Virus record (IMG/VR): IMGVR_UViG_3300021958_000024
Direction: 5' to 3' (one strand)
Source of the DNA: a virus
Taxonomy: Duplodnaviria > Caudoviricetes
DNA: 64,000 bases
The notes under the pieces were generated by a model, which ran no database searches, was not told the DNA's origin, and saw nothing but the letters and a program-made list of their open reading frames with translations. The position numbers and the translations under genes were made by a program. Below, piece by piece: positions 1-11,496 of this stretch (position 1 is the first letter of the stretch; each line of letters starts with the position of its first letter).

Positions 1-72
1 GTTGATAATAGACCGTCCATTACAAGATCCCAAAACCAAAAAGAAGATATCAAGGTAATCTTGCAGTTTTAA
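1..72 (+). CDS. gp8: 3' end of baseplate wedge protein gp8 (partial)
   Basis: Frame 1 reads VDNRPSITRSQNQKEDIKVILQF*, the typical gp8 C-terminus; lies directly before the large VrlC-like gene. Confidence 0.75.
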   Translation, partial: VDNRPSITRSQNQKEDIKVILQF

Positions 73-78
73 AGAATT

Positions 79-3000
79 ATGCCATCAAAAACGAATCTAA
101 ACGTCTTTCCTTATTTTGATGACTTTGATGAGGACAAAAACTATTATAAAGTTCTTTTTAAACCTGGATATCCCATTCAGGCTAGAGAGTTATCAAACGT
201 ACAATCGATACTGCAAAATCAGATCGAACAGTTTGGAAACCACGTTTTTAAAGAAGGATCTGTTGTAATCCCAGGTAATATTAGTTTTACCAGGATTACT
301 GGCGTTGAGGTTCAAAATACATTTAATGCTATTGATATTGATCAATACATTAATAATGCTAAGATGTACGGATACGTTATTGTTGGCAGAGATAGTGGTC
401 TAAGAGCTAAAGTTGTTAAGGTACTTAGAAAAATCGATTATCCAGATTTAAATAATACTCTGGTATATTTTCAGTATTTAAATACTGGAACCAATAATGA
501 AACTGAGTTTCAACCAGGAGAATCTCTCTACGCAGAATCTGAGATTCTTCCTGTATTGAGGCGTGGTGTAACTTCTTCCACTCTCGTAAATGTAAAAACT
601 CAAAGTACTGAAGACATTTTTGGTGATCGTGGTGTACAAAGTACCATTGTAACTGCTTCAAGATCATCAAGCAATATTTCTGGACAATATCAATACGAAA
701 ATGTTAGTACTATTGATGATATTACTCTTAGAAGTGGTCAAGATTTCTTATTAGTAAAAACTCCTATTATTGGATCAGCAGCTATTATTAGCGAAGGTGT
801 ATATTTTCTAAGAGGAAACTTTGTTAATGTTGATGAAGAGTTACTAGTTGTAGATAGGTTTAGTTTCTTAGCAAATGCAAAGATTGGACTAAGTATTACT
901 GAGCAGATTATAACTTCAGATAATGATTCAACTCTATTTGATAACTCTAGAGGATTTTCAAACTATGCTGCTCCTGGAGCAGATAGATTAAAAATCACAG
1001 CAAGATTAGCATCTTTAGATTTAGATGATGATCAAACAGATAACTTTATTGAACTTACAAGAGTAGAAGACGGCAATATTGTATTCTTAAATAGAAATCC
1101 TGAGTACAATGAGCTTGGCAATGAACTCGCCAGAAGAACTTACGATGGGTCTGGAGATTATTATATTACACCATTTACTCTAACCGTAGAGGAATCTCTA
1201 AATGACTTAGAGGGTAGCAGAGGTGTATTTAAAGAAGGAGAAGTAACTAGAGAACAAAATACACCCAAGGAAAGTATGGGAGTATTTAAACTATCTCCAG
1301 GAAAAGCATATGTTAAAGGATATGAGATTGAAAGGTTAGCTAGTACTTTAATCGATTTTGAAAAACCTAGAGATACTAAAACATTATTAAATCAGTCCAT
1401 CCAATATGCCCCTGGAACAGGTCTAACTCTTAATAGGTTACATGGAACACCAAAGATTGGTATTTCAACCTATCACGTTTCTTTGAGAGATTCTAGACTG
1501 GGATCAAATAATTTAGAAGCATCTGGCAAAGAGATTGGATTGAGCAGAGTATATGATTTTGCTCTAGAATCTGGTGCATACAACACAAGCAATCTAGATC
1601 TCAATGAGTGGGATCTAAATGCATATGATTTAGATTTCTATACAGAGATTACATTAAACCAACCAGTAACAGAAACTGTTCCATCAAAAATTGATGGCAA
1701 ATATACTGGAGCATTTTCTTTCTTAAGGTTTGGTGCATCAAATGCAGGTGTGGTTACTGCATATAGTAGTTCTGGAAGATATTCCATTGGAGAAAAAATC
1801 ACTTTTAGTAATGGAGAAACTAGAGTAATCACAAATATTAGATCATATGGTATTGATGATACCAAATCAGTTTACGGAAATGTCGGATTATCTACATTTA
1901 CTGGTGATCTAAAGCAATCCAAAAAAGTTTCTTTGGGAAGTGTTGCTATTCAAGGCGAATCTGCTGGAGTATCTACAGTAACATCACCATCAACCGTATT
2001 TACTAATATTTGTGAAGATGGAGATTTAGTATCTTATACTATCGGTGAAAATACTGTACCAAATTTTGCAAAGATTCAATCAGTATCGACTAATAGTATT
2101 GTTATTGAACCAGTTCAATCGGTTTCTGGTATTTGTATAGGAACTCTTCCAGTATCAACAACTACTGGATTAGATTTTGCTATTTTAACTACAGAAAGAC
2201 AAGTTGGTAATAACGCATTATATACTCCGTTCCCCAAGCAAAATATTGAATCTGTAGACCTTAGTGAGTCTAGAATTTCTATTAGAAGAGAGTATTCTGT
2301 TACTATTGCAGGTAATGGTTTTAACATTTCAGCATCTACATTATCTGCAAATGAATCTTTCCAACCATATGATGAAGAAAGATATTCTTTGGTAACTCTT
2401 GATGGAACTATTATTCCATTAGAAAGTGGAAACTTTGCATTCTCAAATGGTGGTAGAGAAGTTACATTAACTAATCTCACTACTAATGGTCAAGCAAGAT
2501 TTATTGCTTCACTGTACAAATCAACAGTTAAGAGTAGAGCAAAAGTTAAAAAGATTGAAGTTGCTACATTATCAAAATCATCTCTTGAGCAATCTGGTGT
2601 AAATATCGCTGGTGTTGGCGCAACAACTTTAAATGATGGTTTAGTATTTGGAAACTATCCATATGGCACAAGAGTTCAAGATGATAGAATCTGTTTAAAT
2701 CATCCAGAAGTCATTAGATTGTATGGTGTTTTCGAATCAAGAACTACAGAAGATCCGATTTTACCGAAGTTAACAATAACTAATATTCTAACTTCTGAAA
2801 AGTCCCCAACAACTGCAAATAACATTAAAGTTGGTGAGCGTTTAATCGGAAGCACTTCAGAATGTGTTTTAGTATGCACTAATATTATAAATCCTTCAAC
2901 TATTGAAGTTGTATCGGTAAATAAAAAAACTCCTTCCACTTCTGAAGCAATAAAAGGCAAAGAAACTGGCATAACGGCAGAAGTAGTAAACTATATCGAT

Positions 3001-6000
3001 ACGCAAAGCGTTAATATCACTGATAGATATTTACTTGAGTCTGGAGAGACTTCTCAAGCATATACATATTCATTCTTAAAGAGAGTTTCTAGTTCAGCAT
3101 CTCCAAAAAGAAGGATTAAAGTCGTTTATGACAGGGTATATATTCCATCTGACGATGCTGGAGATGTCGTATGTGTAAACTCGTATTCCAGTATTCCCAG
3201 AAATACAATTTCATCGGCACCAGGTCAGACATCAAAAACTGATATTTTAGATTTAAGACCTATTCCAGATCCTTTCCTCGTTTATGAGGGTCAAAGATCT
3301 CCATTTGAGTTCTTTGGAAAGAACTACAGTGAAACTAATAACTCATTTAGGGACATTTTAGTTGCGGATGAAGATATTATCTTAAACTACACATTCTATC
3401 TCGGTAGAGTAGATAGAATATTCTTGGATATTAATGAGCAGATTATTGTCAAGAAAGGTGTTGCATCAGAATCTCTAGATCCTCCAGAATCTCCAGCAAA
3501 TGCTCTTGAGATTGCTAGAGTTACTTTTGCACCATATGCAAAAAATGCAAGAAAAGCAGCAGATATTCAACTTTTAACACATAAAAGATATAGAATGTCT
3601 GATATCTCTAAGTTAGAGAATAGAATTAAAAATCTTGAGTATTATACGACATTAAATCTACTAGAGCAATCAACTTCAGCGTTATCTGTTCCAGATTCTA
3701 ATGGACTGAATAGATTTAAGTCTGGTTTCTTTGTTGATGATTTCTCAACCAGAAATAATCAATATGTTGTTGAGGGTCAGATTAAGAACTCAAATGATAA
3801 AGTAAATAGAGAACTACGTCCAGCTTGTTATACTACAGAGCTTGATTTAACTTTAGCAAATAATATTAACTATAACACTAACAATGCTCCATCTGTTCAT
3901 CCAGTAAAGGGCATTTCACGAAGTGTGTATGATGATGTTAAGTTTACTCAAATATCAAATATTATTGGAAATAATATCCAAATAACTGGTGGTGGTGGAG
4001 CTCGTAATGAAAATACAGGTAAGGGACTACTAACTTTAGCATATAATGAGGAGATTAGGATCAGACAATCTTTTTCCACAAGAGTAGTAAATGTTACTCC
4101 GTATCTTGTAACAAACTATTATGGTCAGATTGATTTAAACCCATCTTCCGATGTTTGGAGCGAAGAGACTATTCTAGAACCACTAATCATTACTGGTATT
4201 GAAGGTAGAGTCATTGAAGAAAGTCCTAGTTTTACTGCTCAAGAGTTTGCATCTCAGGATGGATTTGATCCTGTAAGTTGGGGATCTTGGAGAAACAACT
4301 GGACTGGATCTTCTCAAGCAGTTATTGGTAGAGGTTCAGTTAGTAGTTCTTCAACATCGCAGAGTGGAAATACAGTAACTGTTGCCACAACAACAACTAG
4401 TGGTAATGTTGTACAAACTACTAATACTGGTACTGCAACTCAGCAAGGTACAACTACTAGGATAACTAATCCTATTGAAGATAAAAATCTAGGAAATAGA
4501 GTTGTATCAGCTTCTAGTGCTGCTTATTTGAGATCAAGAAATGTTGAATTCATCGCTAAGAAGATGAAACCAAGCACAAGATTATACGCTTTCTTTGATG
4601 ATCAGGATGTTACTGCACTTTGTACGCCAAAACTATTAGAAATAGAAATGGTCGATGGATCATTTACTATTGGTGAAGATGTTATATTCTATGATGAAAA
4701 TAACTTTGTGATAGCGGGATATCGTTGTGCAGCACCAAATCATCAATATGGCAACATTAATGATCCAAATGCTCAAACTTTCTATGATAGAAGTCCTTAT
4801 GATCAGAGTTTATTACCAACTGTTTATACAGAGTCTTCAAATATTTTAAATGTAGATACAACTGCTTCTGGTGATTATTCTTCTGGTTATGGTGGAAATG
4901 TTTTAATAGGTGCTAGAGCGGAAGGTGTTACGAGTGGAGCAGTTGCTACGATTTCAAATAAGAGATTATTTACAGATCAAGTTGGCGTTGTTATTGGATC
5001 ATTATTTGTACCAAATCCAAACGATGATACTAATCAAAGATTTACTACTGGTGCTATTTCGTTCAAAGTTTCAAACGACCAATCTAATGATATTATTCTT
5101 GGCGTAGAGACTACAGAAGCTACTGGACAGTTCTTCTCTTCTGGATTTATTACTCAAACACAAGAAACTACAATCCAAGTAAGAAATACTCTGATTGAAT
5201 CTGCTACTATTACTAGAGAAAGAGCGATTGTTTCTACATCTACGGCATTTGTACCAACTAATACTACCACAAGTAGTTTTTCATTCACAGTATCTCCACC
5301 AGCACCGCCAAATAGACATGATCCACTAGCACAGTCATTCTTTATCCCAAATGCTGCTGGTGTATTTGTGACTCACATGGATCTTTATTTCCAGGCAAAG
5401 TCTGAAGATCTTCCAGTATATGTTGAACTGAGATCAATGGAACTTGGACTTCCAACTACAGAAGTTTATCCATTAAGTAGAGTTGAGCTGTTACCAAGTC
5501 AGGTTAATATTTCTGATGATGCTGCTGTACCAACAAGAGTTAATTTCCAAGGACCAGTTTACTTAGAAGGTAATAAAGAGCATTGTATTGTATTATTATC
5601 TGATGTTACTGATTATTATGTTTGGATTTCTAGACTAGGAGAAACTACATTTGGTGTTAATGGTGAAGAAATTGCTATTACTACCCAGAATGAACTAGGA
5701 TCTCTATTTAAATCTCAGAATGGATCAACTTGGAGTCCAAGTCAATATGAAGATCTTAAGTTTACACTATTTAATGCAAGATTTGTAGAACAGGGTAGTG
5801 TAACTCTTGTTAATAGTGATGTTTCTCAAGTAAATAATCTCTATAAAGATCCACTCAAAACATATTCTAAAACACAAAGAGTTTCTCTTGGTGCGACTAT
5901 AACTGATACTAACTTAAGGATTGGAAATACCATATATCAAGAAGATTCTAATGCAAGTGGTGTTTATATTGGAAATGCTGGTATTGCAACTGGAAATCTT

Positions 6001-7800
6001 TCTTTAGCAAATGCTGGCATTGGATATACTCCTTTTGAGTTTGGAGCACCTGCATTTACTTTTGAAGATGTTCCTCTAGTTTCATTAACAGGTGATGGTA
6101 AGAATGCTACTGCTGATATTACAATCGATGGTGGTGTTGCTATTGCTGCAACTATCGTAAATGGTGGTTCTGGATATGTTATTGGCGAAGAATTGACAGC
6201 ATCTCAACTAGGAATCTCTTCTGTTGGAAGAAATCTTGTATTGTCAGTAACTGATATTTTTGGCATAAATCAAATCATTATGGACGAAATCCAAGGTGAT
6301 TTTAATGTTTCACCTACTAAAGCACTATACTTCTACAGTAATGATCCTGTTGTTGGATTCGGAACAACTACTATTAATGCATTAGGTAATGGTGGAAATG
6401 ATACTGATGTAACAGTTGAATCTATAGAAACTGTTCATGATGGATTACATATTGAAGTTATCCATAAAAACCACGGAATGCATTCTCTACAAAATAGAGT
6501 GTTGATTTCTGGTGTAGAATCTGATGTTTCTCCTGCAACACTAGTAGGATCACTTTCAAGAACATCTACTGAGGATATTGAGTTAGATGCAGATGATATT
6601 TCAGTATTTGAAGCCTTTGAAAACATTCCAGTTTCTGCTCAGAATCCTGGTTATATTTCTATTGGAAATGAAATCATTTCATATACTGGAGTTACTGGAA
6701 GTAGTTTAACGGGTATTGGAAGAGACATTGATACATCATCAATAGCAATTCCTCGCACTGTTAACTATAATCCAAAAGTATATAAGTATGAATATAATGG
6801 TATTTCTCTAAGAAGAATCAATAAGGAACACTTCTTACAAGATGCTACGGTAGAAAACCCAATTGGACTAGACAAATATAACATTAAGATAGATACTTCA
6901 ACTGATGGAGTAGATAGATCTACTGGAGTTACATATCCAAAACTATTCTTAGCTGAAACTAAGAGTGGTGGTGGACCTGGAGTCTATGGTTCTAAGAACA
7001 TTGCCTATGAAATGATTCATCCTATTATAAATACATTAGTTCTTCCAGATGCAACACTAACTGCTACGGTTAGAACAACAACTGGTACTAGTATTGATGG
7101 AAATGAAGAATCATTCCTTGATGCTGGAACCGTTCCATTGACTATTAATGAAGATAACTATTTTGAATCTCCTAGAGTTATTGCTTCCAGAATCAATGAA
7201 CTTGCTTTTGCAGATCAACTACCTGGAAACAAATCTCTAGAAATTACTTTAAACTTATCAACAGATCAACCAGTTATTAGTCCTATTATTGACCTGGATC
7301 GTCTTGGTGCTGTATTTGTATCAAATAGAGTAAATAATCCAATCAGTGATTATATTAATGATTCCAGAACATCCAGTAGTACAGAAGATCCAACCGCATT
7401 TACATATCAAACAAAACCAATCCAACTAGAGTTCCCAGCAACTTCTATAAAAGTTCTTGTTGAAGCATATATAAATCAATATACTGATGTTAGAGCATTC
7501 TTTGCTGTTATGAAGTCTGCAGAAAAAGAACCAATCTATTATCCATTCCCTGGATTTAGAAATAGATTGGCATCGGGTGAAGTTATTGATATTACCAAAA
7601 ATGATGGAACTCCAGATAAACAATATAGTAGAAATAATGCTCTAGGATATGAGCAAGGTGGCATCAGTTATGTTGATTTAGAGTTTAATATTGATAATCT
7701 TGAGCCATTTAACTTCTTCTCAGTGAAGTTGTTAGGCACCTCAACAAATCAGGCATTCCCACCAAGATTTAGAGATCTAAGAGTTATTGGATTAGCATAG
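79..7800 (+). CDS. Large virion structural protein (VrlC-like / DUF4815-type baseplate or tail protein)
   Basis: N-terminal PYFDDFDEDKNYYKVLFKPGYPIQAREL; internal DPLAQSF and GSLFKSQNGSTW; C-terminal PRFRDLRVIGLA; position between gp8 and gp13. Confidence 0.85.
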   Translation: MPSKTNLNVFPYFDDFDEDKNYYKVLFKPGYPIQARELSNVQSILQNQIEQFGNHVFKEGSVVIPGNISFTRITGVEVQNTFNAIDIDQYINNAKMYGYVIVGRDSGLRAKVVKVLRKIDYPDLNNTLVYFQYLNTGTNNETEFQPGESLYAESEILPVLRRGVTSSTLVNVKTQSTEDIFGDRGVQSTIVTASRSSSNISGQYQYENVSTIDDITLRSGQDFLLVKTPIIGSAAIISEGVYFLRGNFVNVDEELLVVDRFSFLANAKIGLSITEQIITSDNDSTLFDNSRGFSNYAAPGADRLKITARLASLDLDDDQTDNFIELTRVEDGNIVFLNRNPEYNELGNELARRTYDGSGDYYITPFTLTVEESLNDLEGSRGVFKEGEVTREQNTPKESMGVFKLSPGKAYVKGYEIERLASTLIDFEKPRDTKTLLNQSIQYAPGTGLTLNRLHGTPKIGISTYHVSLRDSRLGSNNLEASGKEIGLSRVYDFALESGAYNTSNLDLNEWDLNAYDLDFYTEITLNQPVTETVPSKIDGKYTGAFSFLRFGASNAGVVTAYSSSGRYSIGEKITFSNGETRVITNIRSYGIDDTKSVYGNVGLSTFTGDLKQSKKVSLGSVAIQGESAGVSTVTSPSTVFTNICEDGDLVSYTIGENTVPNFAKIQSVSTNSIVIEPVQSVSGICIGTLPVSTTTGLDFAILTTERQVGNNALYTPFPKQNIESVDLSESRISIRREYSVTIAGNGFNISASTLSANESFQPYDEERYSLVTLDGTIIPLESGNFAFSNGGREVTLTNLTTNGQARFIASLYKSTVKSRAKVKKIEVATLSKSSLEQSGVNIAGVGATTLNDGLVFGNYPYGTRVQDDRICLNHPEVIRLYGVFESRTTEDPILPKLTITNILTSEKSPTTANNIKVGERLIGSTSECVLVCTNIINPSTIEVVSVNKKTPSTSEAIKGKETGITAEVVNYIDTQSVNITDRYLLESGETSQAYTYSFLKRVSSSASPKRRIKVVYDRVYIPSDDAGDVVCVNSYSSIPRNTISSAPGQTSKTDILDLRPIPDPFLVYEGQRSPFEFFGKNYSETNNSFRDILVADEDIILNYTFYLGRVDRIFLDINEQIIVKKGVASESLDPPESPANALEIARVTFAPYAKNARKAADIQLLTHKRYRMSDISKLENRIKNLEYYTTLNLLEQSTSALSVPDSNGLNRFKSGFFVDDFSTRNNQYVVEGQIKNSNDKVNRELRPACYTTELDLTLANNINYNTNNAPSVHPVKGISRSVYDDVKFTQISNIIGNNIQITGGGGARNENTGKGLLTLAYNEEIRIRQSFSTRVVNVTPYLVTNYYGQIDLNPSSDVWSEETILEPLIITGIEGRVIEESPSFTAQEFASQDGFDPVSWGSWRNNWTGSSQAVIGRGSVSSSSTSQSGNTVTVATTTTSGNVVQTTNTGTATQQGTTTRITNPIEDKNLGNRVVSASSAAYLRSRNVEFIAKKMKPSTRLYAFFDDQDVTALCTPKLLEIEMVDGSFTIGEDVIFYDENNFVIAGYRCAAPNHQYGNINDPNAQTFYDRSPYDQSLLPTVYTESSNILNVDTTASGDYSSGYGGNVLIGARAEGVTSGAVATISNKRLFTDQVGVVIGSLFVPNPNDDTNQRFTTGAISFKVSNDQSNDIILGVETTEATGQFFSSGFITQTQETTIQVRNTLIESATITRERAIVSTSTAFVPTNTTTSSFSFTVSPPAPPNRHDPLAQSFFIPNAAGVFVTHMDLYFQAKSEDLPVYVELRSMELGLPTTEVYPLSRVELLPSQVNISDDAAVPTRVNFQGPVYLEGNKEHCIVLLSDVTDYYVWISRLGETTFGVNGEEIAITTQNELGSLFKSQNGSTWSPSQYEDLKFTLFNARFVEQGSVTLVNSDVSQVNNLYKDPLKTYSKTQRVSLGATITDTNLRIGNTIYQEDSNASGVYIGNAGIATGNLSLANAGIGYTPFEFGAPAFTFEDVPLVSLTGDGKNATADITIDGGVAIAATIVNGGSGYVIGEELTASQLGISSVGRNLVLSVTDIFGINQIIMDEIQGDFNVSPTKALYFYSNDPVVGFGTTTINALGNGGNDTDVTVESIETVHDGLHIEVIHKNHGMHSLQNRVLISGVESDVSPATLVGSLSRTSTEDIELDADDISVFEAFENIPVSAQNPGYISIGNEIISYTGVTGSSLTGIGRDIDTSSIAIPRTVNYNPKVYKYEYNGISLRRINKEHFLQDATVENPIGLDKYNIKIDTSTDGVDRSTGVTYPKLFLAETKSGGGPGVYGSKNIAYEMIHPIINTLVLPDATLTATVRTTTGTSIDGNEESFLDAGTVPLTINEDNYFESPRVIASRINELAFADQLPGNKSLEITLNLSTDQPVISPIIDLDRLGAVFVSNRVNNPISDYINDSRTSSSTEDPTAFTYQTKPIQLEFPATSIKVLVEAYINQYTDVRAFFAVMKSAEKEPIYYPFPGFRNRLASGEVIDITKNDGTPDKQYSRNNALGYEQGGISYVDLEFNIDNLEPFNFFSVKLLGTSTNQAFPPRFRDLRVIGLA

Positions 7801-7801
7801 T

Positions 7802-8029
7802 ATGGACAGATTAAAAGTAAAAGATCAATCCCATTTATATAGAGATAGTAATAGTAATGCTATTATTAATACTGATAAAGGTCAGTATGATCTCTATATA
7901 AAAAGGAGAGAGAAACGGAAAAGTGAAAACAGTAAAATTGAGCACATCGAAAATGATTTGAATAGGTTAAAATCGGACATTAATGAAATAAAATCATTAT
8001 TAATGGAGATTAAGAATGGATCCCTCTGA
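7802..8029 (+). CDS. Conserved hypothetical coiled-coil protein
   Basis: LYRDSNSNAIINTD motif plus heptad C-terminus; tightly packed in operon. Confidence 0.7.
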   Translation: MDRLKVKDQSHLYRDSNSNAIINTDKGQYDLYIKRREKRKSENSKIEHIENDLNRLKSDINEIKSLLMEIKNGSL

Positions 8030-8180
8030 CATAACTCTAGATTCTGTTGCAAAAAACTTTGAGTATGAAAAAAATGCTAGAAACATAGATAGTATAAGTG
8101 ATGTTCAGACTTTGCGAAATATTGCTAAGTCAATGCACAAATTATACTTAAAACAGCAAGAAGTCATTTCTAAACTATAA
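8016..8180 (+). CDS. Small 54-aa helical protein (not in ORF track)
   Basis: MDPSDITLDSVAKNFEYEKNARNIDSISDVQTLRNIAKSMHKLYLKQQEVISKL*; GGAG upstream; stop overlaps the gp13 ATG (TAATG). Confidence 0.75.
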   Translation: MDPSDITLDSVAKNFEYEKNARNIDSISDVQTLRNIAKSMHKLYLKQQEVISKL

Positions 8181-9022
8181 TGGCACAACCATCAACGAGA
8201 CAAGAACTAATAGACTACTGCTTAAGGAAACTTGGCGCTCCAGTTTTAGAGATAAACGTTGCTGAAGAGCAAATCGAAGATCTCGTTGATGATGCCTTGC
8301 AGTTCTTCCAAGAGCGACATTTTGATGGCGTCTACCCAACATTCTTAAAGTATAAGATTACTCAAGCAGATATTGATAGAGGAAAAGCAAAATCTGTATC
8401 TGATGTTGGAGTAGACGTTACAGATGTTTCCACTACTGTTGCTGGAGTTGGAGTAACGTTTTCATACTTTGAAAATGGCAACTATTTAAAAGTTCCAGAT
8501 TATGTTACTGGCGTAAATAAGATTTTTACATTTGAGGGTTCTAACTCAGTATCTTCTGGAATGTTTAGTATTAAATATCAACTATTTTTGAATGATATTT
8601 ATTATTGGGGTTCTACTGAGTTGCTTACATATGCTATGACAAAATCATATCTTGAAGATATTGATTTCTTATTAACTACACAAAAACAAATCAGATTTAA
8701 TAAAAGACAAGATAGACTTTATTTAGATATTGATTGGAACAACGTTAGTGTTGGTCAATATTTTGTTATTGATTGCTACAGATTATTGGATCCTAGTGAT
8801 TATTCAAAAGTTTGGAACGATTCTTTTGTTAAAAAATATCTAACTTCTTTGATTAAAAGGCAATGGGGTCAGAATCTAATCAAGTTTAATGGAGTTAAAC
8901 TTCCAGGAGGAGTTGAGTTTAATGGAAGACAACTTTATGATGATGGTCAAGCTGAGATTGATGCATTAATGCAGCAAATGACATATGACTATGAGTTACC
9001 ACCTTTAGACATGATAGGTTGA
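8180..9022 (+). CDS. gp13: Neck protein gp13
   Basis: RQELIDYCLRKLGAPVLEINV, KRQWGQNLIKF, LPGGVEFNG motifs. Confidence 0.93.
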   Translation: MAQPSTRQELIDYCLRKLGAPVLEINVAEEQIEDLVDDALQFFQERHFDGVYPTFLKYKITQADIDRGKAKSVSDVGVDVTDVSTTVAGVGVTFSYFENGNYLKVPDYVTGVNKIFTFEGSNSVSSGMFSIKYQLFLNDIYYWGSTELLTYAMTKSYLEDIDFLLTTQKQIRFNKRQDRLYLDIDWNNVSVGQYFVIDCYRLLDPSDYSKVWNDSFVKKYLTSLIKRQWGQNLIKFNGVKLPGGVEFNGRQLYDDGQAEIDALMQQMTYDYELPPLDMIG

Positions 9023-9026
9023 TATT

Positions 9027-10475
9027 ATGCCATTAAATCCATTTTTTCTACAGGGATCTAAACTTGAACAAAATCTGGTTCAAGATTTAATAAATGAACA
9101 GTTGAAAATGTATGGCATTGATGTATATTATATGCCGAGACAGTTTATAAAGAAAAACTCTATTATAAAAGAAGTTGTAAAATCAGAGTTTAATAATGCG
9201 TATCCACTTGAAGCATATTTAGAAACTTATGATGGATATGGTGGGCAAGGTACTATATTATCAAAGTTTGGTATAGAAGAAGTTGATGATATTACTCTGA
9301 TCATTTCTAGAGATAGATATGAGACTTATATAAAACCATTAATAGAAAATCTAGAAGATGCAGAGTTAGGTGATAGACCAAAAGAAGGAGATTTAATCTA
9401 TTTTCCTTTAGGAGACAGATTATTTGAAATCAAATATGTTGAGCACGAAAAACCTTTTTATCAACTCAATAAAAACTATGTTTATGAGTTAAGATGCGAA
9501 CTCTTTAGATATCAGGACGAAATTATCGATACAACAATTGAAGATATTGACGATAATACTAAAGATATTGGATATATCCAAACTTTACAGATGTTTACTG
9601 GTGCTGGTGTAACTGCTACAGCATATATTAGCAATGTTGTTAAAGATGGTGTTAGAAGATTTATTTTAAGTAGTGGTGGAGATGGATATACCAGTCCACC
9701 AAAAGTCAGAATATCAATGCCGCAAGATATTCTTGGATTTGGTACTGAGTTTGCGGGTGCTCCTGCTGCTGGTATTGCTAGTATGTTTGGTCCACAAACA
9801 TTCCAATCAGTAAAATCTATTGAGATTACTAATAGTGGATATGGATATACTGCATCTTCTCCACCGCAGGTTATATTCTTAGAGGGTGGTGGACAAGGAG
9901 CATCTGCAACTGTTGAGATTGGTAGAGGAGTTCTGCAAGAGATTAGACTTATTCAAGGTGGTGGTGGATACTTAAATCCTCCTATTGTAACTATTTCTGA
10001 ACCTGTTGGAACTCCAACTGGGATCACTACAAGTCAAGCAGAAGCAGTTGCAAGAATAAATGGTGCTGGTATAGTCACATCCGTTGCATTTACAAATGCT
10101 GGTTTGGGATATACAAGAACTCCCACAGTAACATTCTCCACTCCAGATTTAACGGTTCCTGGAATAGGAACGTTTAGGTATAATGAATCTATAACTGGTC
10201 AACAAAGTGGTGCAACTGGTATCGTAAAATCTTGGAATGTTGTTACTGGCATATTAGAACTTTCTAATGTTATTGGTCAGTTTAACAGTGGAGAGGATAT
10301 TGTTGGTGCTGATTCGGAAGCTTCATACACATTAAGAATAGGTTATACCGATAATCTGGCAGATGCTGGAGATTCAAATAATAAATATGGTAAGTATGAA
10401 GATAACTACGACATACAAGTTGAAGCCGATGGAATACTCGACTTTACTGAAGAAAATCCTTTTGGAAGAGTATAG
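9027..10475 (+). CDS. gp14: Neck protein gp14 with inserted GxGYT repeat domain
   Basis: EQNLVQDLINEQLKMYG, RPKEGDLIYFP, FEIKYVEHEKPFYQL, C-terminal DFTEENPFG. Confidence 0.9.
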   Translation: MPLNPFFLQGSKLEQNLVQDLINEQLKMYGIDVYYMPRQFIKKNSIIKEVVKSEFNNAYPLEAYLETYDGYGGQGTILSKFGIEEVDDITLIISRDRYETYIKPLIENLEDAELGDRPKEGDLIYFPLGDRLFEIKYVEHEKPFYQLNKNYVYELRCELFRYQDEIIDTTIEDIDDNTKDIGYIQTLQMFTGAGVTATAYISNVVKDGVRRFILSSGGDGYTSPPKVRISMPQDILGFGTEFAGAPAAGIASMFGPQTFQSVKSIEITNSGYGYTASSPPQVIFLEGGGQGASATVEIGRGVLQEIRLIQGGGGYLNPPIVTISEPVGTPTGITTSQAEAVARINGAGIVTSVAFTNAGLGYTRTPTVTFSTPDLTVPGIGTFRYNESITGQQSGATGIVKSWNVVTGILELSNVIGQFNSGEDIVGADSEASYTLRIGYTDNLADAGDSNNKYGKYEDNYDIQVEADGILDFTEENPFGRV

Positions 10476-10486
10476 GGGACTAAAAA

Positions 10487-11488
10487 ATGTTTGAATATTT
10501 TTACCACTCAATAATGAGAAAAACCATTATTGGTTTTGGTACGCTTTTTAATAATATCAAAATAAAAACTACCAATGCTGATAATGAAATAATATCGGAA
10601 CTAAAAGTTCCGATTGCATATGCCCCTATGCAAAAGTTTTTGGCAAGACTTGAGCAATCACCAGATCTAGACAATCCAGTAAGAATGACTCTTCCGAAGA
10701 TGTCATTTGAACTTGTAGGTTTGACTTATGATAGCTCAAGAAAAGTAACTACTACTCAATCATTCTTGGTTTCAGACAGAACTCAGAAATCAAAAATGAA
10801 GAAAGTTTATATGCCTGTTCCATATACAATGGAATTTGAGTTGAACATTATGGCTAAACATAATGACGATGCCCTACAGATTGTAGAGCAGATTTTGCCA
10901 TATTTTCAACCATCATATACTTTAACAATCGATTTGATTGATTCTATTGGTGAAAAGAGAGATATTCCATTTACTCTCAATAATATTACCATGGAAGATC
11001 GATACGATGGTGATTTTAAAGATAGAAGAGCAATTATCTATTCATTGAAGTTCTCTGCGAAAACGTATCTATTTGGACCAGTACCAAAGACAGAAGCTGG
11101 AGATATCATCAAAAAAGTACAAGTTGGTTATTTTGCTGGGGACAAAGTAGCTTCTACAAGAGAGATTACTTATCAAACAACTCCTGTCGCATCTGTAAAC
11201 TATACAAATTTTGGTGTTACAACAACTGCCTCTGATATGGAAATATCAACAAATGAGTTCTCTGTTGTTGATCCAAATGTATTATCTGAAAATAGTTATA
11301 TTACTGTGGATGGTGAAACTATGAAGATCATTCGAATCAGTGATGTCAATGTTAGAGTTGAAAGAGGATCTTATGGAACAAAGATTACTCAACACGTTGC
11401 TGGAACGGCAATCAAAAATATTACTGTACAAGATAACGACTTGATTGAAGTTGGAGATAACTTCGGATTTGATATGTCATCTTTTTGA
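10487..11488 (+). CDS. gp15: Tail sheath stabiliser / tail terminator gp15
   Basis: YFYHSIMRKTIIGFGTLFN, VPIAYAP, QIVEQILPYFQP. Confidence 0.92.
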   Translation: MFEYFYHSIMRKTIIGFGTLFNNIKIKTTNADNEIISELKVPIAYAPMQKFLARLEQSPDLDNPVRMTLPKMSFELVGLTYDSSRKVTTTQSFLVSDRTQKSKMKKVYMPVPYTMEFELNIMAKHNDDALQIVEQILPYFQPSYTLTIDLIDSIGEKRDIPFTLNNITMEDRYDGDFKDRRAIIYSLKFSAKTYLFGPVPKTEAGDIIKKVQVGYFAGDKVASTREITYQTTPVASVNYTNFGVTTTASDMEISTNEFSVVDPNVLSENSYITVDGETMKIIRISDVNVRVERGSYGTKITQHVAGTAIKNITVQDNDLIEVGDNFGFDMSSF

Positions 11489-11496
11489 GGTAGGGT

